NCBI GenBank assembly: GCA_942490825.1
Contig: CALNYG010000005.1
Location: 198,240 to 262,239, forward strand
Length of the DNA: 64,000 nt
DNA from: Candidatus Moraniibacteriota bacterium
Lineage (GTDB): Bacteria > Patescibacteriota > Minisyncoccia > Moranbacterales > GCA-2747515
Direction: 5' to 3'
The translations under genes and the position numbers were made by a program. The notes under the pieces are model-generated. The model was not told where the DNA came from. It was given only the letters and a program-made list of their open reading frames with translations, and did no database searches. Positions 26,723 to 34,986 of this stretch are shown here, piece after piece. Within the stretch, counting starts at the first letter, position 1. Each line of letters opens with the position of its first letter.

Positions 26723-26764
26723 CCTGTCTGCCCTGTCTGCCGACAGGCAGGCGACAAAGGCAGG
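26723..26764 (+). repeat. Self-nested mini-hairpin CCTGTCTGC[CCTGTCTGCCGACAGGCAGG]CGACAAAGGCAGG
   Basis: Single copies lie at 14648-14669, 29571-29595 (-) and about 60556-60580. It is inserted at other positions at 31261-31280 and 62367-62387. A larger relative is at about 8324-8374. Confidence 0.8.
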
Positions 26765-26925
26765 TTCAGAATGACATGATACTTATAGAGTTTCAAAAAA
26801 TGTTGAATGGTGAAAAGCCCGTGCGGCGAGCACTTTTTATCTTTCTGACTAATTTTATATTTTTTAAGAAAGAATATGCTATAATAATAATATTAAAAAA
26901 TATTCTTAAAAACTAAAATAAAAAT

Positions 26926-28203
26926 ATGCCAAAGCCAAACGAATTTGAAGTCCATACTATGGGAGGTAACATGTCTGGAGGTAACCAGGTTTCAGATAAG
27001 TCTCAAGGTATATCAAATGATCCAATGCAAGCGTCACAAGATGCACCATCACAACAAGCACCTTTTTCGTCACAGTTATCTAAATCTAGTTCTATGGGTG
27101 GTGGTATCAGCGGAGGGCAATCGCAGGGTGGACCAAGTCAACCGTTTACAGGAGCGCCAACTTCTTCAAACTTAGGTAATTCAAACGGGAATATCGGAAA
27201 GGCAGGAAATGGCTCAGGTATACAAACTATGGGTGGAATAATGCAAGAAGATGACCTATCTGGAGGTTCATCTAAAAAATTATTAAAAATATTTATAGGA
27301 GTTTTTGTAGTTATTGTTTTGGTGGGGGGAGCTATTTTCGGTGTATCTATGTTAAAAGATAAAGAAGATTTAGCGTCTGGCGACTTAACTGAAGAAGTTG
27401 TTGAAGAAGACTTAGGTTTAAACACTGAAGTAGCTGACTCTTCTACAACTGAAGTATTAGTTGAAACTGAACCTAAAACGACAACTACGAAGGTTCGATA
27501 TTCTGATGAGTTACTTAATTATTTATCAATAGATGTTGAAAGTGAGAGTGTTTTCACAGATATTGAAAATGAGTTAGATATCATAAGAAAAAATTTGCCA
27601 TCGCAGAATTTTTCGGAGCCAATTACTTTTATTATAACCAATAAACAAAATAAACCTATTTCTTTTAGCGATTTTTCTGTGAAGGCTAATATGAATATTC
27701 CAGGGGATGTTTTGTTAGCTTTGGATGATAGATTTGAACTATATGCTTTTAATGATTTTAGTGCTGGAGTACGTTTTGGTTTTCGAGTTGATGTTAAAAA
27801 TGAAACAGCTTTACTAACAGCTTTAGAAGCTGAATCTTCAGCTATTCCTGCAACTACTATGGTTTTCTTTAAAGATTTTAAATTAGACGATGCTTCAGAA
27901 ATGACTTTTAAGGACGGTACTTATAAAGAATATTCTGTTAAATATTTAAATTTAAATGCGACGGAGACTAATTCAGTTGATTATGTGATTGATGGTGATC
28001 AGTGGGTTTTGGGAACAAGTCAGAAGACTTTAAGATCTATCCTAGATAAGTTAGATAAAAATAAAGAATCTTCCACTGCAGTTGATGGCGAAGAAATTGT
28101 TGATGCTGAAGCAGATAAGGATGTGGCTTCTTCTACAAAATCAGAAAGTTCAAGTGATGAAGACTTAACTACTCAAAGCGATGAGTCCAAAATGATTAAT
28201 TAG
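26926..28203 (+). CDS. Hypothetical single-pass membrane protein with G/S/Q-rich N-terminus
   Basis: Low-complexity N-terminus, TM helix LLKIFIGVFVVIVLVGGAIFGV, extracytoplasmic domain of unknown family. An extended -10 promoter (TGCTATAAT, 26877-26885) lies upstream. Confidence 0.5.
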   Translation: MPKPNEFEVHTMGGNMSGGNQVSDKSQGISNDPMQASQDAPSQQAPFSSQLSKSSSMGGGISGGQSQGGPSQPFTGAPTSSNLGNSNGNIGKAGNGSGIQTMGGIMQEDDLSGGSSKKLLKIFIGVFVVIVLVGGAIFGVSMLKDKEDLASGDLTEEVVEEDLGLNTEVADSSTTEVLVETEPKTTTTKVRYSDELLNYLSIDVESESVFTDIENELDIIRKNLPSQNFSEPITFIITNKQNKPISFSDFSVKANMNIPGDVLLALDDRFELYAFNDFSAGVRFGFRVDVKNETALLTALEAESSAIPATTMVFFKDFKLDDASEMTFKDGTYKEYSVKYLNLNATETNSVDYVIDGDQWVLGTSQKTLRSILDKLDKNKESSTAVDGEEIVDAEADKDVASSTKSESSSDEDLTTQSDESKMIN

Positions 28204-28301
28204 AAATCTTATTACACAAAATAAAAAAGAGTTAGTTTTAATGACTAGCTCTTTTTATTTTTTTAAATTCTAACTAAAACGGATTGTAGTTTTTGAAAAA
28301 A

Positions 28302-29435
28302 TTAAATATTATCTTTAATTTTTTCTTGAATAAGACTGTAGGCGTTTTTCTTTGCTTTGGTGTCTAAAGTTGTTTTGTAGATTCCATCTGAAATTGGTTC
28401 TCCAAATTCTTTTTCAGAAAGACCGCCAATTTTTTCAGCGTCAATAATGGCGGTGTAATTATTCTCTAAATCTTCGTAAAGTATAATGTAAATTTTTCCG
28501 TCGGAATAATTTTGTTTTATTTTCTTTAAAACTGTGTAAAGATCGTTTGTTTGTGAATTGGTTGATTTAATTTCTTCTTGACTTAAAATTGTCCAGATCA
28601 AATCATTTTTATCATCATTATTTAAATTTGCCATTGCTTTTCCCCATAACTTAATTAAAGAAAGAGGTTGGGTTTTATAAAGATGTTGAACAATTTTTTG
28701 TTGATCAGCTCCTTTTTCTATTAAATAACTGGCTAGGTTCATTGAATTTGGTGTGGTGTTTTGTTTTTGAAAACTGTGAGTGGCACTAATTATTCCTGTC
28801 AGCAAACAGTCGGCACAAGGTTTTGAAATACTTTTTTCGTCAACAGATTGGACTAATTCTCCGATCATTTCGGAAATTGAGGAAGCGGTTATTTTTACGA
28901 TATTTAATTGTCCATATTGGGAATTGTCGTTTTTATTGTCGATATTAATTATGGGAATTTCGTAAAATAGATCAGGGGCTTCGTCATGTATTTTTCCTGC
29001 GGATTCTCGTTCTGACATTCCTAAGGTTATGATTAAGTCATAAGGTGATTTTGCAGGCATGAAAGAGAAGTCTCGTGAATCCACCATTCCTTTTTCAGGA
29101 GTGATATAGACGCGAAATTCGTCTTCAACTCGTTCTGTTCGTGTTTCTAAAATGTCATTGTATTTTGTTTTGAAAGCTAAGATTAATTCTCGGGAGCCTG
29201 CAATGGAATGGGTTATTTTTGTGTTTTGTGGTTCTTCGAGAAAACTGATGGATTTTTGGTTTTCTTGTAGGTCGATATAGGCAAGGGTGGCCTGGATGTT
29301 TTTGTTGTTGCAGAAGTGGGATAATCCTAAGCCTGAACTTAGGGTGTCAAAGTTTGGGTTTTCGGGGAGGATTATTATGACATGTGTGCTTTTGAGTAGG
29401 AGTTTGCTGAATTGTTCGGTGTGGTTTTTTTTCAT
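28302..29435 (-). CDS. NrnA/DHH-DHHA1-like protein with degenerate catalytic motifs
   Basis: Colinear with NrnA-type DHH phosphoesterases, but the motifs are replaced: ILPENPNFDTLSSGLGL for DxD/DGD, IDNKNDN for DHH, GIISATHSF for GxxTDTGxF. The track start 29543 runs through the repeat box and was trimmed to ATG 29435. Confidence 0.45.
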   Translation of the reverse strand: MKKNHTEQFSKLLLKSTHVIIILPENPNFDTLSSGLGLSHFCNNKNIQATLAYIDLQENQKSISFLEEPQNTKITHSIAGSRELILAFKTKYNDILETRTERVEDEFRVYITPEKGMVDSRDFSFMPAKSPYDLIITLGMSERESAGKIHDEAPDLFYEIPIINIDNKNDNSQYGQLNIVKITASSISEMIGELVQSVDEKSISKPCADCLLTGIISATHSFQKQNTTPNSMNLASYLIEKGADQQKIVQHLYKTQPLSLIKLWGKAMANLNNDDKNDLIWTILSQEEIKSTNSQTNDLYTVLKKIKQNYSDGKIYIILYEDLENNYTAIIDAEKIGGLSEKEFGEPISDGIYKTTLDTKAKKNAYSLIQEKIKDNI

Positions 29436-30004
29436 TCGGTTGTTTGTAAAGGGTAATAGGTAATGGTAACACTGGGTTTTTTTTGTGTCAAATTTTTTTA
29501 TTTTTAATGTTTTTTGTGCTCGCCGCACGGGCTTATGATACATAATTTTAAAAACTTCCTGTCATTCTGAACCTGCCTTTGTCGGCAGACAGGCGGATTT
29601 ATTTTTTTGTTAGAAAAAATAAAGAAGTGAAGAATCCCCTACGGATTATCATAAATCTTTAAAATTAAAATATCAGAAAAACTTATTGAGATTGCCACGT
29701 CTCTCCTTATAGTCGTTCCTCGCAATGACGTGTATAAAAACAAAAAACCACTGACTTTATGTTAGTGGTTTTTTATACTCTATTAAAATTCAAATTAGTT
29801 TAAATTTTAAATTGAGTGGCTTTATCTATATCGTGTTAGATAAAGCCGTGATGAATCTTTGTTCATCGTTGATTTTTTGCGTTTACACGTAACGCTTTTC
29901 TCTCTAATTTTTTTAAGAATTAGAGAGTGGGTGAGAGGAGAACATATAACAAATAATTATCATCCTCTTCCTCTCCTTTGTTTTTTGAAAAGAGTTTAAG
30001 AGAT

Positions 30005-30733
30005 TTAAACTTGGAACTTTCTAGTCCGTTTATCGCGTCGCAGTCTTTTACAACATGTAGCACAAGAGCCTTTTTTCCCGCCAGCATTTTCTTTCTTACA
30101 AGTAGGACAAAAAGTTCTGGGAATTATCCGAGTTATTTTGTAGCCTCCTTCAGAATATAAAATTTCAGCTGTTCCTCTGGTGGATTTCCCCGTCGCCCTC
30201 CAGATACTGCCGTTAGGTAGTGAAAAAGTTTTATTTCCTTCATACCTCGTAACCCACCCATACCTGACGGTACTATAGGAAGTGTCTTCCAGTCCGTGTG
30301 CGAGAGCGACCTCTAATGTTGGCTTGTTCATTGAATCGAGTGACTCGATGAACTTGATACTGTTCTCCACAACCTGCCTTGGTAGGGTGGAATACCAGTT
30401 TCCGCAAGCTGCAGCTAACATGATGATAGTTCGCCCTTTCTCTGCGTCCTTTTCGGTTATCTCTCCGGAGGCTATTTTTCTTTCAGCCACTGCTTTGGCG
30501 ACTTTGTTCACATTAATGCTGAAGCAAAGTCCAACGACTGAGCCTTTTTCGTTTTGGTATTTTTTCCTTATTTCTCTTTCTTCTTGAGGAGGAAAAATTT
30601 CTAAGGCAAATCTCAGAAGCGGAATAATCTTTTTGTGTGGTCTCAGGGAGACTGCACAAAAATAATTTCCAGACATATCGTTGTGGGCTCTACAGCTTTT
30701 TTTCAAAAAATTTGATACGATGGTTCCTCTCAT
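30005..30733 (-). CDS. Cassette 3 cargo: hypothetical 242-aa protein with C-terminal CPTC..CATCC zinc-ribbon-like motif and basic tail
   Basis: RBS GGAGGA upstream of ATG 30733. No family recognised. Confidence 0.6.
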   Translation of the reverse strand: MRGTIVSNFLKKSCRAHNDMSGNYFCAVSLRPHKKIIPLLRFALEIFPPQEEREIRKKYQNEKGSVVGLCFSINVNKVAKAVAERKIASGEITEKDAEKGRTIIMLAAACGNWYSTLPRQVVENSIKFIESLDSMNKPTLEVALAHGLEDTSYSTVRYGWVTRYEGNKTFSLPNGSIWRATGKSTRGTAEILYSEGGYKITRIIPRTFCPTCKKENAGGKKGSCATCCKRLRRDKRTRKFQV

Positions 30734-30938
30734 TGTTGTTCCTCCTGCGGAATTTTAACATATTTTATTGACAAGGATTTGCTTGATTTTCATCTAAAAA
30801 ACCAACAAAGTTAGTTACTTAAAGAAAACCAAGTCATAAATTCATCAATAAAACAAAAGAAAAACTCTCTTAATCTCTCTAATTTTTAAGAAACAATTAC
30901 GATTACAAATCTCAATGAATTTCTTATCGTATGAACAT

Positions 30939-31086
30939 ATTATAGCATATCTTATTAATCTTGTCAAGTCTTGAAAATAATCCTCAAAACTTATAAAAAT
31001 TAACAAATAACTATAATTGCTACAATTCAGTTTTGAATAACTTCATTGCAACACCAAATAATAGCACGAAATAAAAATCTTGTCAA
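30939..31086 (-). promoter_or_regulatory. Cassette 3 tandem promoters P1 and P2 (minus strand)
   Basis: P2 is TTGACA (rc 30962-30967), a 17-nt spacer and TGC-TATAAT (rc 30939-30947). P1 is TTGACA (rc 31081-31086), a 17-nt spacer and TATTAT (rc 31058-31063). The 5' leader block ATACGATAAGAAATT..GATTTGTAATCGTAAT is conserved with cassettes 1 and 2. Confidence 0.7.
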
Positions 31087-31542
31087 GCTTTGAAAATAGA
31101 CGTTTAGTATTTTAGATGGGTAGACTTTTAGACAATTAGATTTGTAGAGACATTGCACTGCAATGTTTTTGGGTAGATTGATAATTTTATGTAACGAAGA
31201 ATTTCAGTGAGTTTTTCTAATATTTAATTTTCAAGTTTTGTGATTCTCTGTGGGGGATTCCTGTCTGCCGACAGGCAGGCTTCACTGCGTAAATTTTTTT
31301 TATAAAAAATTTACTTCGTTCAGAATGACAGAAAATTTTTTAGGGGTTCGCAGTAGAAATGAATTGCAATTCATTTCTATAGATGTGTATCATAGCCCGT
31401 GCGGCGAGCACTTTATTAATTTTTAAAATTTTCATTTATCATACGGATAGGCACGAGACATTATTTTAAAATTTATTTTGAAAGTTTTGATTAAATGTTA
31501 TACTTTTAAAGTAACTATAATTTTTTCAATTTTAATAAAATC

Positions 31543-34191
31543 ATGACAAAAAATAAACCAAAAAAATTACTTCTTCTTGATGGTAACGCAATTATTCATC
31601 GGGCTTTTCACGGAATTCCACCGCTCACTAATCAGGCGGGAATACAATTAAATGCCGTTTACGGATTTGCGGCTACTTTTCTTAATGTTTTAGAAAAATT
31701 TCAACCGGATTATATTGTGGCTACTTTTGATTTGCCGGGAAAAACATTTCGGCATGAAAAATTTTCTGATTATAAGGGAAATCGAAAAGAAACGGCTGAT
31801 GATTTGATTCCGCAATTTTCTTTAGTGAAAGACGTGATGAAAGCTTTTAATATCCCGATTTTAGAAAAAGCGGGATTTGAGGCTGATGATATTATTGGGA
31901 CATTATCTGTTCAGGCGAGCGAGAAAAATTTGGAAACTATTATTGTTACCGGAGATAAAGATACTTTTCAGCTTGTTGATGATAAGGTGAAAGTTTTTAC
32001 CATGTCGCGTGGGTTGAATGATATGTTACTTTACGATCGAGAAATGGTGAAAGACAAAATGGGAGTTTTGCCAGAGCAAGTGATTGAATATAAGGGTTTG
32101 CGTGGTGATGCGAGTGATAATATTCCTGGGGTAAAAGGTGTGGGTGATAAAACGGCTTTGACTTTGTTGCAAGAATATCCGACGTTGGAAAAAATTTACG
32201 AAAATTTAGACAATATTAAAGAGAGTGTTCGGAAGAAATTAATTGCTGATGAGAAAAAAGCTTTTTTGTCTCGGGAGTTGGGAATTATTTTAACGAATGT
32301 TTCAGTGAAACTTGATTTGAAAAAAGCGGATATTGAGCAGATTTCATTTGATGGTGCACGGAAAATTTTTCAAGAATTTGAATTCAAGCGATTATTAAAG
32401 AGATTACCTGACAATGTTGAGTTTGAAGAAAAAAATAAAAATGCTAATCAGTTTGCTGTTTTGGATTCTTCTAATTATAAACAAGGGGTCATGACCCCTT
32501 GTTCAATGGGTGTTTTTCCAGATGTGGAAGATTCTATTTTTTACGGTTTAGGTTTGGCGACGGAAAAAGAAAATTTTTATTTACCTTTCGATAAAAAAAA
32601 TAAAGAAATTTTTCAGGAATTTTTGTTTGATGAAAAAATTAAAAAAACTTTTTTTGATGTGAAAAATTTATTGCACATTCTTGATAAAAATGATTTAACT
32701 TTAGAAAAAATTGATGCGGATGTTTTGTTGGAAGCTTACGTTTGTCGTACGGGGAAGAAAATTATGTTGGATGATTTGATCTTTGAAGTTACGGGGCGAG
32801 TGGTTAGTCCTGAAAAGAAAAATAATCAGATGGCTTTGAATTTGCGAGATGAGAAAAAAGCACAGCAGGAAACTTCTCAGAAAGCGAAAGATATTTTATT
32901 GATTCACAATTTTTTTACGCAAGAAATCGAGTCTATTATTGCAAAACAAGACAAAAAAAATAATGTTAAAACTTTATTGGAAAAACTGGAAATGCCATTG
33001 GTGCAAATTTTATTTAACATGGAAAAAAATGGGGTGGCTTTTGATAAAAATATTTTTGAAGAAATTGCAAAAGATTTCAATAAAAAAATTAGCGGATTGG
33101 AAAAGGATATTTATGAAATGGCGGGCGAGGAGTTTAATATTAATTCGACAAAACAGTTGCGAGTGATTCTTTTTGAAAAATTGAAAATTGATACGACTAA
33201 TATTAAAAAAACAAAAACGGGTTTTTCTACGGCTTCAAATGAGTTGGAAAAAATTAAATTGATGCACCCGATTGCTCAAAAGATTGAGGAGTATCGGGAA
33301 TTGTTTAAATTGAAAACGACTTATGTTGACGCGTTACCAAAATTAGCTGATGAAAATAATCGGATTCACACGACTTTTAATCAGGCGATTACAGCAACGG
33401 GTCGACTTTCATCTTCTGAACCGAATTTACAAAATATTCCGATTCGAACTGAGACTGGGCGACGTTTGCGAAAAGGTTTTGTGGCGGAAAAGGGTTATAA
33501 ATTGGTGAGTGCTGATTATTCTCAAATTGATTTACGATGTATTGCACATGTTAGTCAGGACAAAAATTTGATAGAGGCTTTTCAAAATAACATGGACATT
33601 CATACTTTTACAGCGGCGACGGTGAGGGGAAAGGATGTTTCTGAAGTTAGTAAAACTGAGCGAAGTGCGGCGAAGGAGTTGAATTTTGGTTTGATTTACG
33701 GAATGGGTTCTTTTGGTTTTGCGCGGGCGGCGGATATTAGTGTTGAAGAGGCGAAAAATTTTATTAAAAAATATTTTGAGAAATTTCCTGAGGTGAAAAA
33801 TTATATTGAGGAGACTAAAAGGGAAGTTGAGGAGAATGGTTTTGTGGAAACTGAATTGGGACGGCGACGAAATGTTCCGGAAATTAAATCGAAGAATTTT
33901 CAGTTGCGGGCGATGGGGGAACGGATGGCGGTGAATATGCCGATTCAGGGTTTGGCGGCGGATATTATGAAGTTGGCGATGATTGGTGTTGCTGATTATT
34001 TACGAGATAATTTTAAATCAGCTGAAGCGAGGATGATTTTGCAGATTCATGATGAGGTTATTTTGGAGGTTCAGGATGATTTGGTTGAAGTGGTTTCGGA
34101 AGAGATTAGAAAGATTATGGAGGGGGTTTATGTTTTTTCTGTTCCTTTGGTGGTTGATGTTGCGGTGGGGGTTGATTGGGGAGAGTTGTAA
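31543..34191 (+). CDS. polA: DNA polymerase I
   Basis: 882 aa. 5'-3' exonuclease N-terminus (LLLLDGNAIIHRAFH, GDKDTFQL); polymerase motifs A (LVSADYSQIDLRC), B (RSAAKELNFGLIYG) and C (LQIHDEV). Confidence 0.97.
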   Translation: MTKNKPKKLLLLDGNAIIHRAFHGIPPLTNQAGIQLNAVYGFAATFLNVLEKFQPDYIVATFDLPGKTFRHEKFSDYKGNRKETADDLIPQFSLVKDVMKAFNIPILEKAGFEADDIIGTLSVQASEKNLETIIVTGDKDTFQLVDDKVKVFTMSRGLNDMLLYDREMVKDKMGVLPEQVIEYKGLRGDASDNIPGVKGVGDKTALTLLQEYPTLEKIYENLDNIKESVRKKLIADEKKAFLSRELGIILTNVSVKLDLKKADIEQISFDGARKIFQEFEFKRLLKRLPDNVEFEEKNKNANQFAVLDSSNYKQGVMTPCSMGVFPDVEDSIFYGLGLATEKENFYLPFDKKNKEIFQEFLFDEKIKKTFFDVKNLLHILDKNDLTLEKIDADVLLEAYVCRTGKKIMLDDLIFEVTGRVVSPEKKNNQMALNLRDEKKAQQETSQKAKDILLIHNFFTQEIESIIAKQDKKNNVKTLLEKLEMPLVQILFNMEKNGVAFDKNIFEEIAKDFNKKISGLEKDIYEMAGEEFNINSTKQLRVILFEKLKIDTTNIKKTKTGFSTASNELEKIKLMHPIAQKIEEYRELFKLKTTYVDALPKLADENNRIHTTFNQAITATGRLSSSEPNLQNIPIRTETGRRLRKGFVAEKGYKLVSADYSQIDLRCIAHVSQDKNLIEAFQNNMDIHTFTAATVRGKDVSEVSKTERSAAKELNFGLIYGMGSFGFARAADISVEEAKNFIKKYFEKFPEVKNYIEETKREVEENGFVETELGRRRNVPEIKSKNFQLRAMGERMAVNMPIQGLAADIMKLAMIGVADYLRDNFKSAEARMILQIHDEVILEVQDDLVEVVSEEIRKIMEGVYVFSVPLVVDVAVGVDWGEL

Positions 34192-34192
34192 T

Positions 34193-34921
34193 ATGTCATT
34201 ATTTTTTAAAAACAAAAATGAACAACGAGATTATATATCTAAAAAATTAAAATTACATTATCCTAATTTTAATTCAGGTTGTTATTTTTTAAAATATTTT
34301 TTAGATAAAAGTATTAATATAAATTGTATAATTTTAGATGCTGGTTGTGGAGAAAATGGAATTGTTTCGAAAATGAAACATAAAGTTAAATTAATTATAG
34401 GTGTAGATTTAGATAAAAAATCTTTGTTAAATAACAAAATTGTTGATAAAAAAATATTATCTAATTTAGAGCTTTTACCCTTAGAAAATAATTCGATTGA
34501 TGTTATAGTTTGTGAATTTGTATTAGAACATTTGAAAAATCCAGAATCTGTTTTAAAAGAGTTTTTTAGAGTTTTAAAACCAGGAGGATCTTTTATTTTT
34601 ATAACTTCAAATATTTTAAATCCAGTAATGTTTTTTAGCAAAATTTTACCTTATTTTTTTCATGAATTTTTAAGAGAGAAATTTTTAAAAAATCTAGATA
34701 AATCTTATCCTACCTATTATAAAATTAATACATATAAAAAAATATTACATCTATTTGATAAAGCAGGTTTTTATAAAATTAATTTGAAAAGAGCTGGAAA
34801 TCCTGAATACATAGGATTTTGTAGAGTATTTGTTCCAATTTCAATTTTGTTTGAAAAATTTATTGATAACAGATTTTTAAGTTTTTTAAAGATGTATTTA
34901 ATTGGTTTTTTTAAAAAATAG
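34193..34921 (+). CDS. Class I SAM-dependent methyltransferase (Methyltransf_11-like), AT-rich
   Basis: ILDAGCGENG (motif I), LKPGGSFIF. ATG lies 1 nt after the polA stop. The track start 34049 overlaps polA and was trimmed. Confidence 0.7.
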   Translation: MSLFFKNKNEQRDYISKKLKLHYPNFNSGCYFLKYFLDKSININCIILDAGCGENGIVSKMKHKVKLIIGVDLDKKSLLNNKIVDKKILSNLELLPLENNSIDVIVCEFVLEHLKNPESVLKEFFRVLKPGGSFIFITSNILNPVMFFSKILPYFFHEFLREKFLKNLDKSYPTYYKINTYKKILHLFDKAGFYKINLKRAGNPEYIGFCRVFVPISILFEKFIDNRFLSFLKMYLIGFFKK

Positions 34922-34986
34922 ACTTTCTTGCATTTATTCTTTTCTATGCTAGAATTAAAAAAGTTAATTAAATTATAAAATAAATT

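Noticed and set aside
26521-26925. Possibility that the dispersed repeats represent a CRISPR array or its remnants.
   Set aside because: The repeats are not regularly spaced tandem units separated by unique spacers. They are heterogeneous modules scattered in gene spacers, and no cas genes are present.
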